Assembly (NCBI RefSeq): GCF_006345805.1 | Contig: NW_021831877.1 | Span: 1 to 63,663, forward strand | Length of the DNA stretch: 63,663 bases | DNA from: Octopus sinensis | Taxonomy: Eukaryota | Direction: 5' to 3' | Shown here: positions 1 through 12,390 of the stretch, in pieces | Layout of the letters: the number at the start of each line of letters is the position of its first letter | How positions within the stretch are numbered: the stretch's first letter is position 1 | The notes under the pieces: generated by a model | Database searches by the model: none | Told to the model about the DNA's origin: nothing | The model's input: the letters and a program-made list of their open reading frames with translations, nothing else | Translations under genes and position numbers: made by a program

Positions 1-175
1 CTGGGTCACCACCTTGAAGGATTTTTGGTACTTTTTATCTTTTTGTTAAGCCTGGTACTTATTCTATCGTTCTTTTTGCCGAACCGCTATGTTACGGTGA
101 CCGTAAACATACTAACGCAAGTTGTCAAGCGGCGGAGGAGGGACAAAGACACACACACACGCGCACCCACACACA
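1..175 (-). mobile_element. SINE family A, partial 3' portion
   Basis: Matches the ...agtacttattctatcg...gccgaaccgcta...gttgtcaagcg...acaaacacagac block seen in full copies at 25555-25975, 28770-29202 and elsewhere. Confidence 0.75.
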
Positions 176-183
176 AACACATG

Positions 184-401
184 TACGAGGAGGAACTGAA
201 AAGACCCTGGCTTTAAAGGTGTTGAGAAAAACCTGTCTGGAGGCTCAACCTTCCGAGTTTTTTACAGAGCGTAGAAAAGTGAAGAACCACTGCAATAAGT
301 ATGTGAATCTGAGAGGGGAATGTATTGAATAAAATCATAATTAACTGATTCTCCTGTATTTTCTTTTACCCAATGTCAGGAACTTTTTAGCTCACATCGT
401 A
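184..401 (+). mobile_element. Mariner-derived internally deleted element (MITE)
   Basis: Imperfect TIRs tacgaggaggaactgaaaagaccctggc / gtcaggaactttttagctcacatcgta bounded by TA. Internal codons read HCNKYVNLRGECIE*, resembling the mariner transposase C-terminus (RWxKCxxxxGxYxE). Confidence 0.7.
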
Positions 402-436
402 TGTATGTATGTATGTATTTATGTATGTATGTATGT

Positions 437-2286
437 ATTCTCATGTATATAGTTGCATATCTAGATATACTCATATATATTTAAATGATAAACTACTGGA
501 AAGTTTTACAGATTCTTATAGTTCCAATGGAATCAGCTTCCTCCTTTCTGGTTTTGAGAAGCCTAATTTCTCAAGATTGGTAATTAGGCAGTGTGTTACA
601 TATCCCAGGGTCCCAATAATTACAGGTATAAACCTGAACTAGTACTCTGGTTGGCGTAACTGTAGATTTCTCAATAGTTCAGCATCGATGTTTCCTTTTT
701 CACTGATCTTCAGATTTATGTTAACATCCGCTGGGCAGCTAATTTCCACAACTGTGCACAGTTGCTCTTCTCTATCCCAAATCATTATATCAGGTTTGTT
801 GTGCTTAAATTTTATTGAGGTCTTCACTGGGACATTTCACCAGTGTTCCTTTTCATTATGAGTGATTATGGCTTCTACCATATTGTGGGATCTTATTTCT
901 TTGTTTTCGGTATTATCCTTCCGACGGATTCCATTATAGACTATCATAGCTACATTATGTCTAATACCGTGATGACATTTTCGGACAACTGCTTATGATG
1001 TGGGTGATATCTTCAGTGCGAATTCCACAAAGTCTGCATAGGTTGTCACATTTTATGGCTTTTTCTGCATCTCTATCCCTTTTGTGCATCAGGTACTTGG
1101 TTGATATTTCCTCTTCCTGTATTGCAACCGCATACCCTTCAAAGTGGGACGTAGTAATCCGGCTATTGATCCATGATAAACTGCTTTGATGATCATTACG
1201 GAGCTTTCTACTAATACATCCATGCATAGTCTTCTGCTCATATAGGCTCATCCTTTCATCTGATGATACGTTGCGGTAGAATCGTGCGACTTCTTTGGGA
1301 ATGTATTCTAGGTTATCAGACAAAGAGTGTTGTTTAAGGAGCTGCCTTCCAAGTCTTATGATGTTATCAGCCTTGTGTATACAAACTTGGTTAAGGGATG
1401 CACTTCGACGTTTGGTGGTTAAAAGATGTTGCTGGAGGGATATGATGCGACATTCAAAAGCTTTTTCGATCGATGTTAAAGTCCCTGCCGCCTTGTTTTC
1501 GTCTTAGGTGGAGGTGGTCTACGTCACTATTTATGTGGAAATTATGTGTGCTTGTTAGTATTTTTCGGGTTTTCACATCAATGGCTCGGATCTCATCAAG
1601 AGTCCAGTCAAGTAGCCCAAATGCTGGTATGAGTACTGGCACTGCAAACACATTGTGGGCCACTTTTTATTGAATGCAGAGAGTTATTAGGTCCAAGTTT
1701 TCTTTATTCAGCTTTAATATTCTTTAGTGACACGTGTTTTGTTACAGGTGCCATTGTATGATATATTTTCACCCACTCCTAGATACCTGTAACATTCCTC
1801 GTCAGATATAGGGGAAACAGTCAAATCATTAATGGAGATAGATTTCTGGTTTATAGTTTTCCCCCTTTTCACAACCACATAAAAACATTTTCCCTGACCA
1901 AACTCCAACCCTATATCCTTTGAGAATGTTGCAACTAGGGCAAGGCTCTTTTTCATCTCATGCATATTCTTTGCATAAAGTTTAAAGTCATCCATAAAGA
2001 AACAGTGTGTAATTTTGGTATTTCTATTTCCTTCTGAACCAGTGAGATATCCTTCAGACTTCCTTAACATGAATGACAAGGAGTTTACAGAAAGTATAAA
2101 CAACATCACAGAGAAGCTGTCTCCTTGGAATATGCCTTTGCGATATTGTATTCTATCGGTGATAATACAGTCACTCTTTGTGTTTAATTTCAAGATGGTG
2201 ACCCACGATGCAGTCGGCTCAGCTATGGTTTTGAGGATTCTCACTGGAACTTGAGCAAGTTGAAGGGCTTCTAGCATCCACGAGTG
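437..2286 (-). mobile_element. Degraded 5'-truncated RLE-type (R2 superfamily, probably R4/Dong-like) non-LTR retrotransposon
   Basis: In order on the - strand: RT motifs GIFQGDSFS and FFMDDFKLY (ORF 1714-2277), LHLRRKQGGR, CCHC finger CRLC..HIISSC..RY, then PD-(D/E)xK endonuclease KPDIMIWD..VEISCP (639-827). Multiple stops and frameshifts; ends in (TACA)n. Confidence 0.88.
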
Positions 2287-2360
2287 TATGTAAGCATGTA
2301 TGTATGTATGTTTGTATGTATGTATGCATGTATGTGCAGATTTGTATGTTTTATGTGTGT

Positions 2361-2603
2361 ATTCTCATGAATATAGTTACATATCTAGACATGATCATAT
2401 ATATTTAAATGGTAAACTTCTGGAAAGTTTTACAGATTTTTACAGTTCCAGTGATAGATTTGATCTGTAGTCCTCGAATTAGTTTTCTCTTTTCTGGTTT
2501 TGAGAATCCTTATTTCTCAAGATTGGTATTTAGACAATGTGTTACATATCTCAGGGTCCCAATAATTACAGGTATAAACCTGAACTTGTAATCTGGGTAG
2601 AGT
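2361..2603 (-). mobile_element. Second, short 3'-end copy of the same RLE retrotransposon
   Basis: Clear homology to ~437-655 (e.g. cagggtcccaataattacaggtataaacctgaact); flanked by (TATG)n. Confidence 0.85.
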
Positions 2604-2789
2604 ATGTATATACGTATGTATTAATTTGCGTCTAATAGCCACGTTTTTGTTTTTCGAAGGCTTATATGCCCCAATATTAGACTGCATTGTTTAGCTAATA
2701 CGCAGTGAACGCTCATAAGTTTTAAGCGTATTAATATTATTTACAGAATTTTCACTCCTCAAGTTTTCTTTATTTAACGCTTTATGTAT

Positions 2790-3059
2790 AACCACTAGGT
2801 TATTGGGACATAAACACACCAACATCTATCGTCAAGCAGTGGTGCTGTGGGTACAAACACAGACACGAAAACACTCACTCGCGCGTGTACATATACGACG
2901 GGCTTCTTTCAGTTTCCATCTACCATATCCACTCAGAAGGCCTTTGTTGACTCGAGGCTATAGTGGAAGACACTTGGCGAAAGTGCCACACAGTGGGACT
3001 GAACCCGAAACTATGTGGTTGGAAAGCAAACATTTTACCATGCAACCACTCCTGCGCCT
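2790..3059 (-). mobile_element. SINE family A (tRNA-derived head)
   Basis: Reverse complement of the head aggcgcaggagtgg..tggtaa..ggttcagtcccactg with A/B-box-like motifs. Confidence 0.8.
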
Positions 3060-3292
3060 GTATGTATTATGCATGCATGTGTAATAGATTAGTAAGAAGA
3101 AGAATTCCGCTGTTGAATAAAAGACCTTTTGTAGTTCGTCCTCCCATATCGATCAGCGTTTTGTTGGCTGTGTCTGGCATAAATACCAGCGAGTCCAATG
3201 CCTGCAAGAATAAAATTACCGAAGACCAAACCGGAGGAGTGGCCGCTCGAAGACTTGCAATAGGGTGAACTTTACTAACGGGACCATATAGG

Positions 3293-3332
<40 letters not shown>

Positions 3333-3889
3333 GGTGTGTATGTGGGGGGACGTGTGTGCGTGTGTGTGTGTGAGTGCATGTGTGTGTGAGAGAGACTGTA
3401 CAGCCCCGTATATTCTTCTGTGTGTGTGAAAATTGCATGTGTGTAATGTATATTTTTCCAGAAATTGTCCATTCACAGAAATCGATATTTGCAGAATTTA
3501 GATTATTCAGAAACGATAACACTTAGTGAAATATAAATCTTAGAGAGAGAATTTTTCACATCTTGCTAATCCTGGCGGTTGTTAGTATCTAGGTCATCTC
3601 ATTTCCATGGATGGTCAATATAATACAACCGACATATTTAGACGAAAATATTTCAAAGAATGCAAGCTGGGGAATAAACCGGCTGCCTTCGTCTTCTGCT
3701 TTGCTTTCGTCTTGGTGTCTTTTTTGTTTTATTTGTTTTGCTTTGAGCCTAATAAGAGGTGACGTTTCAAACGATATGTACTGGCGTCACAGGAAATATA
3801 CACCGCGAAATATATATCTATCTGTTAGTATTTACATATCTATCTTATTCGTAAGATGTATGTAATGTAATGTAATATAATGTAGTAAT

Positions 3890-3899
3890 GTATATATAT

Positions 3900-3952
<53 letters not shown>

Positions 3953-3959
3953 ATATATA

Positions 3960-3993
<34 letters not shown>

Positions 3994-4048
3994 CACACAC
4001 ATATATATATATACATACATATATATATATATACATACATATATATAC

Positions 4049-4100
<52 letters not shown>

Positions 4101-4580
4101 GTATATGTATGTATATGCATGTGTGTGTGTGCCTCTGTGTGTGTGTGTATGAGCACATGAATGTATGTGTACGTATATATTGATGTGTGTGTGTGTATAC
4201 ACCTGTACATTTTCATATATATATATATATATGTACTTATATATATGTAAAAAGTAAATATTCAAATATATATATATGCATATATATATATATATATATG
4301 CATATATATATATGTGTATATATATGTACATATATATGTATATATATGTATTTATATATGTATATATGTGTGTGTATATATGTATATATATATGTATATA
4401 TATATAAATGTGTGTATATAAGTATATATATATGTATATATGTACACACACACACATATATATATATGTGTGTGTACATATATATATGTGTGTGTATATA
4501 TATATATATCACATTTGTATATGTGTGTATGTGGGTGTATTTATGTATGTATATGGATATCTGTATATGCATATATAAAC
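3890..4580. repeat. (TA)n/(TG)n compound microsatellite
   Basis: Direct inspection. Confidence 0.95.
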
Positions 4581-4814
4581 GACGACGATGATGATGATGA
4601 TGGGTGGACTAACCTATGGTACCAGGTTCGATCAAACCGCACGGCTTCCAGGGAGAAGTTTCATTTTTCAATAGCTTAGTGTGAGTGAAACTGGATAGAA
4701 AGAAACTGATTAGGAACTCGTCGGGTGGATTATGTTATTAATTAAAAAGCTACGCTGATTCTGCTTCAGAGTTAAGGGTGCACATACCCGCTGAGTATAT
4801 GTATACGTTTACGT

Positions 4815-5230
4815 TTTTATCTGTTACTTGTATCAGACATCAGACTGCGGCCATGCTGGGGCATCGCCTTGAAGAATTTTAGTCGAACGAATCGACCCCA
4901 ATACTTTTGTTTATATCTTTTATGCCTGGTACTTAATCTATTGGGTTTTTTTTTGCGGAACCATTACGTTATGGGGACGTAAACACATCAACACCGGTTT
5001 TCAAATGGTGGTGGAGGACAAACACAGACACAAAAAACATATATACATACATGCATATATAAATAAGAGGGACTTCTTTCAGTTTCCGTCTACCAAGTCC
5101 ATTCGGAAGGCTTTGGTCAGCCAGAGTTTACGGTAAGAGGCACTTACACAAGGTGCCTCGCGGTTGGACTGAACCCTGAACCATGTGGTTGGGAAGCAAG
5201 TATCTTACCACACAGTCACCTCTGCACCTA
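4815..5230 (-). mobile_element. SINE family A, near full length
   Basis: Full diagnostic body from gactgcggccatgctgg to cttaccacacag. Confidence 0.85.
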
Positions 5231-6118
5231 TAGTATTGATTTTTAATATCAAAAGTGACTTATTCGCCCTCACAGATCAAATCTAGACGTATAACAATAC
5301 ATACATACATACATACATACATACATACATACATAAGCTCATACATAAACACATACATACATTAATTTACGCATGCACACTCACACATCTATACGTGAAT
5401 AACTACATATATATATAAATATAAAACAAAACATACAGAAGTGCGCATGCAAAAAAACTTCAAAAATTTCTACACAAGCATACGACCATGCATAACAATT
5501 CCGTTGACGTTCAAATGAAAGAGAGTTAGACTTTGGTTAGAAACAGGCTCTTTGTAAGTTGGCTTGGAACGACTTTGATTATAACACATATTACGAATAC
5601 GTATTCTTGTATACATATATACATTAGCGGTGTAAACAAGAGTGTATTTTGCACCAAAAGCCTGTATGGAAGTTTCTCTCATAGTAACTACCGCAGTATA
5701 GTTTGTTCTAACAGAACAAATACGTTTAAGTGGGAATAAATGTAAGTTTTAGGGCTAGATGAAGACCAAATATAAGATAACGCTAAAAGGAAAATCGTAA
5801 AGAATTGGAAACAGAAGGGCAACAGACAACGAAGCAATATGTAGATATCTTTTGTCTTTCACTAGTTTCAGTCATTAGACTGCAGCCATGCAGGAGAAGC
5901 GCCTTGGAAATGTTTTTTATGAAATGAATCAACCCCTGTACTTATTCTTTTGAGATTGAACCCGAAGCCATGTGTTTGGGAAGTAAGCTTCTTACCACAC
6001 AACCACACCTGCATGCATGCATGCATACATATATACATACATACATACGTACATACATAAATACACACATACATACATACGTACATACATACATGCACAC
6101 ATACATACATACATACAA

Positions 6119-6151
<33 letters not shown>

Positions 6152-6859
6152 CATATATACATACATACATGCACACACATACTGGCAACAGATAAGCTCC
6201 GTAACTGTTGACACAAGCTAGTCTCAAAAGTGTTTGCTTAATGGATAAAGACAGAATATAGAGCGTCTTCATTTACAGTGTTAAACCAATCAACTACACA
6301 TATATTGGACTCGTCAGTATTACTAATTTTTTGTTTTTCTCTCTCTCAAAAAAAAAAAGATCTCTTCACAGAAATTCCTCGTTCTTGAAGCAAAACGTAA
6401 ATCATTCTCTTAGCAAGTTCTAGTTAAGACAGTAGCGGTCGTAGTTCCATGATGAATGAGACGTTCTCATACCGCATTGGTGTTGTTAGGCAGCTGAAAA
6501 TGTATCGCTGGCATTCAATTGCAATCGTCATTTTTTCTCAGTCTTAAAGTCGTTAGGCTGAAAGCGAAATCATTTTAATATTATACTCCATGTTAAAGAA
6601 TCTTCATTTTATTTTATTTATTTATTCGTTTCTTTATTTTCGATGTTGGCGATTCGCAGTTATGCTGTAAAGAAGTAATTTCTCAAACTGATTAAATTCT
6701 GCTTGAAATGACTCATTTTCGGCGTACCTCGTTTTTAGCTGTATATCAACTAGGTCAAGAAATATTTAAGAACATTTCAAAGTGAGTCATTAAATACAGA
6801 AGAGTGTTTTTTTCTTCTTCTTTTAGTTCATAAAAGCTCATTTATATAAAAATGAAAAA

Positions 6860-7062
6860 AGGCGGCAGAAACGTTAGCACGACGGGCGAAATGCTTAGCG
6901 GTATTTCGTCTGCGTTACGTTGTGAGTTCAAATTCCACTAAAGTTGATTTTGTCTTTTTTATCCTTTCGAGGTCGATAAAATATGTACCAGTTGAGCAGT
7001 GGGTCCATGTAATTGACTCAACATCTACGCCCGAAATTACTGGCCTTGTGCCAAATTTGAAA
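6860..7062 (+). mobile_element. SINE family B (diverged variant)
   Basis: ggcagaaacgttagcac..gggcgaaatgcttagcggtatttcg..gagttcaaattcc head and cctttcgaggtcgataaa core. Confidence 0.75.
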
Positions 7063-7644
7063 CCATGATGATGATGATGAAGGAAGGAGAAAAATATTTT
7101 CCCATGATTTGTTTTAAAAATATGTCACTAAATATTATTTCACCAAACCAATAATTAACTCGTCGAAATGATAATATGTCGAGGTTCATTAAGGGCAGTG
7201 ACGACAGAAAAAAAAAGTAGGTCCTGTGATCAGTACTGTCTCGAACCCTAACTTCCATGGCATATACGAGGCCGATATCATACCACTCCCCCAGGACAGA
7301 ACCCCGTCCACCGTAGAGTTACTCATTTAGAGCTGAGTGGACTGGTGCATCGTGCAATGAAATATTTTGTTCATGAATACAACGCATTGCCTGGTCCAGG
7401 AACCGAAATCAAGATATTTTGCAATAATTAATTACAGCTCTTGATGGTTTGGTTTCGATTCCCTGCTGAATCTGCTTTTCTTTTCATTCTTCTGAGCCCG
7501 AAATAAATCAAGTAACAGTTTCTTTCCAATATTCGAAGCTTTGTGGTTTTGTTAGGAATCGGTTCATTTTGTGATGGTGGTAGCGGTGGTGTGTGTGTGG
7601 GAAGGTTTTAGTCTGCTGATATTCATGCCATTAGCTCTTGAAAG

Positions 7645-7850
7645 TGAAGGCGCATGGTTCAGTGGTTGCAGCGTCGAACTTACGAGACCATGAGGTTGTG
7701 AGTTCGAATCCCGGACCAGGCTGCGTGTTGTGCTCTTGAGCAAGACACTTCATTTCACATCGCTCCAGTTCACATTTCACATTTCACAATGCTCCAGTTC
7801 ACTGAGCTGTAGAAATGAGTTGCGACATCACTGGTGCCAAGCTGTATCGA
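7645..7850 (+). mobile_element. tRNA-derived SINE family D
   Basis: A-box tggttcagtgg, B-box gagttcgaatccc, then cttgagcaagacact. Related copies on the - strand at ~7290-7420, ~19900-20085, ~57300-57565 and ~59095-59320. Confidence 0.75.
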
Positions 7851-7854
7851 CTGC

Positions 7855-8397
7855 CTAAAGTGGTGACATGCCATCATCAAGAGAATAGACCAGATAGAAA
7901 ATAACAGACACCAAAAGGCAGAGATCAGATGTCGAGGGCACAAAGAGAAACTCGCACTTCCTCGTTTCTCACCAACCCTCCAATACGATAAATGCCTCCG
8001 GCTCTTCTATACCTATTTCTTTACTACCCATAAGGGGCTAAACATAGAGGGGGCAAACAAGGACAGACAAAGAGATTAAGTCGATTATATCGACCCCAGT
8101 GCGTAATTGGTACTTATTTAATCGACCCCGAAAGGGTGAAAGGCAAAGTCGACCTCGGCGGAATTTGAAGTCAGAACGTAACGGCAGACGAAATACGTCT
8201 ACGCATTTCGCCCGTCATGCTAACGTTTCTGCCAGCTCGTTGCCTTCCGGCTCTTCTACACCGTCCTTGGCCTGAACAGTCACCTCAGGCATCGCTACCC
8301 TTCGCACCAATCAGGATGAAGAAACTCAATCACTAGCTACAGATCTACTACTCCGATTCCAGGCAAAACCGGTGTCGACGACGACGAAGACAACGAC
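7855..8397 (+). mobile_element. RTE-like LINE 3' end interrupted by a SINE B
   Basis: With the SINE removed it reads DKCLRLFYTVLGLNSHLRH (C2H2-like C-terminus typical of RTE ORF2), followed by a (GAC)n-like tail. Confidence 0.45.
8013..8245 (-). mobile_element. SINE family B, full length with 16-bp TSD
   Basis: TSD tccggctcttcta(t/c)ac at 7997-8012 and 8246-8261. Confidence 0.9.
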
Positions 8398-9162
8398 TTG
8401 TCAGTGTTATTCAACCTACGTTTCCCTCTTCGCAATTCGTCAAACCCAACCTGAATCGTCTAGATATCAAAACTCCCGTCTTTACACACTCTCAATGAGA
8501 TCTAAGGCCTGTTTTCTATGTCACTTGCACTTCTAGCGAGTAAAATGCCAACCGTGTGCTTTTCTATATATAGCAACAATCGATGGTTAACTAATCGATT
8601 ATGTGAGAGAGAGATCATTCGCCTTGTGTATGATGCAATAGCGCAGTTCTTATCTAACCTATTGCCCGCCATTTTAACTTTCCTAACACATATGACTTTC
8701 CTGTCTTACTGTCTGTAGTTTTCTACATCTCTATCACCGGATTATCTCAGGATTACTGAATTATTTTCCGGTTGGAAACAGCTGACGTTTGGAATCGATA
8801 ACCGATTAGTTTTACTTTGACTCTCTCACGCACAGATTGATGTCCACACACATTCTGAGCGTCTGAGTCCTTTGTCCACCCTCTGACAAATAAATGTTTC
8901 TGTGTTCGTAAAAGCATATCACATTCTTCTACTTACCCACCCAGGCATACATAATGTCTTCCCACCTCTCCTATCTACCTTGTCATTTATTCATATACTG
9001 AAACTCACAGAGCTTGTTATTTATCTTATCTTTTCTTTTTTGGGGTGGGGATGGGGCGACGTACCCGACTGTTATTTCTATTCATGCTCATCGCTAAGGG
9101 GTGCATTGGATGGCACTTCCTTCTCACTATTCAATGATGCCCCCTCATATTCACAGTGATAC

Positions 9163-9392
9163 CTATTTCTTTACTACTCACAAGAAGCTAAACACAGAGA
9201 GGACAAACAAGGACAGACAAATGGATTAAGTCGATTACATCGACCCCAGTGCGTAACTGGTATTTATTTAATCGACCCCGAAAGGATGAAAGACAAAGTC
9301 GACCTCGGCGGAATTTGAACTCAGAACGTAGCAGCAGACGAAATACAGCTAAGCATTTCGCCCGGCGTGCTAACGTTTCTGCCAGCTCACCG
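9163..9392 (-). mobile_element. SINE family B
   Basis: Near-identical to 8013-8245. Confidence 0.88.
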
Positions 9393-9734
9393 ATACCCTT
9401 ATTTCGAAACTCCACTTTAGCATTATAACAAATTAGTGCCCACTTAGAATATTCTGAAGCACCTTCGGGCATCACTGTCTGGTGACGGGCCACTTGTTAT
9501 CCATTCCACTCTAATAGACATGACAATACAACAAAGAAAATTCTATTCCGTCATTATCCAATATTTCTTTGTTTTTTTGTGTTTTTTGCAAGCTTCTGGG
9601 TAAAGTAAAAATTTCTTCTCTGTCTTGACAAGGAACTTCTTTGAAACATTGACACTTTGTAAATATACTATAAAACGGTAATTAAGTCATTTTAATTAGT
9701 CTTGATAATCACGTTGTTTCATTGCTATTTTTTT

Positions 9735-10686
9735 TTACTTGTTTCACTAATCTGACTGCGGCCACTCTGGGGCACCACCTTGAAGGGTTTTAGTCGAACC
9801 ATTCGACCCCAGAACTTATTTTTTAAGCCTAGTACTTATTGTATCGGTCTCTTTTGCTGAACCGCTAAAAAAAAAACACCAAGACCGGTTGGCAAGCAGT
9901 AGTGGAGTACAAACACAGACACAAAGACACACACACAAACACATATAAATTTATATAAATAAGGATAAGATCGTTAATTTTAATATCGATCTTATCAAGT
10001 GGCTAGCATGGGAATAAAAACCTTCAAAGGTAATATTAAATGTTCATATAGCACCAGGGTAGATGACAAAAAGGACAAAATAAACTAGCAAAAAATTACT
10101 GGATAATTCCAGATCCCGAATTTCTGGTTTTGCACAAGAAATGCTTTGCCTCATTAGTGGAATATACGCAGATAGTAACATAAATGCACATATAATATAT
10201 ACATATAACATACGAATACTTACATATACGGACGTATACATGCATGTATATGCACGTATGCAAACGACCAGTTTAAATTGCCCGCCTACAACTCCTGGTG
10301 CTATATGGTAAAACATCACCGCAATGACGAAATAAATATAAAAATTTATAAAAATAAGTATAAGACCGTTAATTTAAATATCGATCTTATCAAGTGGCCA
10401 GCATAGGAATAAAAACCTTCAAAGGTAATAATTATTATTAAAATTGTAACTTAGGGTATCTAAGAGATACCTCCTTACACACACACACACACATACACAC
10501 ACACACACACACCACACATATATATATATATATATATATAGCTTCTTTTAGTTTCCGCCTATCAAATCCACTTTGGTCGGCCCGAGGCAAAGTAGATGAC
10601 ACTTGCCCACAGTGTCAGGTCAAGATTGAGCCTGAGACCATGTGGTTGGGAAGTAAGCGTCTTACCACATGCCCATGCCCGCACCT
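9735..10686 (-). mobile_element. SINE family A split by a ~0.5 kb insertion in its internal microsatellite
   Basis: 3' half at ~9735-9945 and 5' half at ~10540-10686. Confidence 0.7.
9947..10430. repeat. Insert bounded by ~89-bp direct repeats
   Basis: aaatttata..taaga(t/c)cgttaattt..atatcgatcttatcaagtggc..gcat..gaataaaaaccttcaaaggtaata at ~9947-10035 and ~10342-10430. Confidence 0.85.
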
Positions 10687-10809
10687 ATTTAAATAAAATA
10701 TTATTCCACTATACCTGTGGAATCCATAAACGTTTACAACTTCTAAGAAGTGCTGTTTTGGGGTCTAGAAAATATTCCATAAAACGGTAATTAACACAGT
10801 TTAATTAAT

Positions 10810-12390
10810 TTTGTTTAAGGTCCCCTCTCCGTTATTGGCTTGCCTCTTGTTGTTGGATCGTTTTGCTATTGTTTTTGTGTGTATTTGCTTAACTGCTGAA
10901 TTGTTGCTATTAGTTGTTGTTGATTTATTTGAAAAACTGTTTATTGCTTGTTTGGAAGCAGCTTGTTTTAATTTCCCCCGGCGGAAGAATTATAGTTATT
11001 ATTTGCACGGTTTTGAGCTGATTCTGTGAGGCGTAAGCAGGAATTTGTTTAAAAAACATGGAAGCTTCTATGGCTTCGCCAATTTCATATTCACCTGTGG
11101 TCAGAAGCAGGAGGGAAGAGAATTTCACCGGCAGTGACGCCCCAAAAGTTCGCTGGGGTGGCTGGTAAGAAAGAAACATCGATAAACACCGGGAAGAGCA
11201 ATTTGCAAAGGTTCATGTCAATGCTCAAAAAGGAGAGGACGGAGATACAAGGGGCCTCTTCGGAAGAAACGATTGACCAAAGTAAACAGGAGACGAATAT
11301 TGTACAAAACGTAGTGTAGAAAAAAAAAAACGAATTTACAAAACCGAGGAAAAAATAGCGGAAAAATGTCTCAGACCTATTTGGTCTGACATTACCAACA
11401 TTAATAGAGGCAAAAAATTTGGAATTGTAGAAGTCGGGTTCAAATCAGAGGAAGTAGCCAGGCGGTACTCTTCGGAGACTCTAAGAACGGAGGAGGTGGT
11501 TCATCTTCCCGTTTATATGGGAGGAAGAACATCAAAAATCAAAATCAGTAACATTCTCTGGAAGTGGATGCCGCCTGGTTAGTGGTAGCTATTATTATGG
11601 GCCTGGAGGAAAAAATAACTATTCTCCAGGCCTCAGTGGTGAAGGAAGAGAACTGGAAAGGACAATGCTTGATCATGTTGATACAAGCAGAAGTCCCTAC
11701 TTTAGAAGAAATAGCCGAAGAAAGACTAATCGTGTTTGTGGAGGGCAGAAAACCAAGGTGTTTAACTGCGAAAGGCACTCCTGCTATTCCGTCGCTCGGG
11801 CAATGCCACATTCTTTTATAGAGGGTTGGTAGAGCCGGAATGTGGCGATACCTTACGGAAAACCCTAGGTCTCGACGATAATCAGCTGGCCAATCTGTTC
11901 CAACGTAGATTCGGGCCGAAGACCCTGGACAACTTTCAGAACTCTCTAGCATGGCAGTGTTACCGCGGAGCCTTACCTGTTCGGGATAAGCTCACAAGGC
12001 ATGGTGACCACGGCCCATCGACCTGTCTATGATGCGAGCGGGATAGGGTAACCGTCCCGCGCGCTATTGTTCAGTGTTCTGAGGTATCAGACGTGTGGGT
12101 TTATGCTGAACAACTATCGTCAAGAGCAGGAAGAGTACAGCTATTGACTGGGTCAATAGTAAAAATTGACCCGCCAGATTTCTTCTCGAAAGAAGGTAAG
12201 AATTGTTTTCTCGTTGTAGTAGCAATTGTGAGAGAGATGATTTGGAAGACGAGGCTGAAAGGGTTAAGGTCAAGCTTCTTCATCTCTGGCCCTGAATTGG
12301 TGAATTACTTCACCTTTCATCTGAAAAGGAAAATAGGGCAAGAGAGAAAATGCCTGACGGCTAAAATGTTTGATAATCGATGGTAGAGTG
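10810..12390 (+). mobile_element. Degraded Tx1/L1-clade element with large internal deletion (ORF1 remnant joined to ORF2 C-terminus)
   Basis: ORF1-like segments homologous to the 14.0-14.8 kb element (..GRRT.., VFVEGRKPRC), then zf-RVT-like LAWQCYRGALPVRDKL..TCL and MIWKTRL. No endonuclease or RT in between. Confidence 0.7.

Noticed and set aside
5714-5740. 27-nt micro-exon candidate (ttctaacag|...|gtaagt; QIRLSGNK)
   Set aside because: Splice-like motifs occur by chance at this scale and there are no supporting neighbouring exons.
6449-6500. C/D-box snoRNA-like ATGATGA...CTGA
   Set aside because: Too short, no terminal stem and no recognisable rRNA antisense element.
7645-7720. tRNA-like A/B-box sequences (also 13607, 13330, 61478)
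   Set aside because: No complete cloverleaf; each continues into a SINE body, so they are SINE heads.
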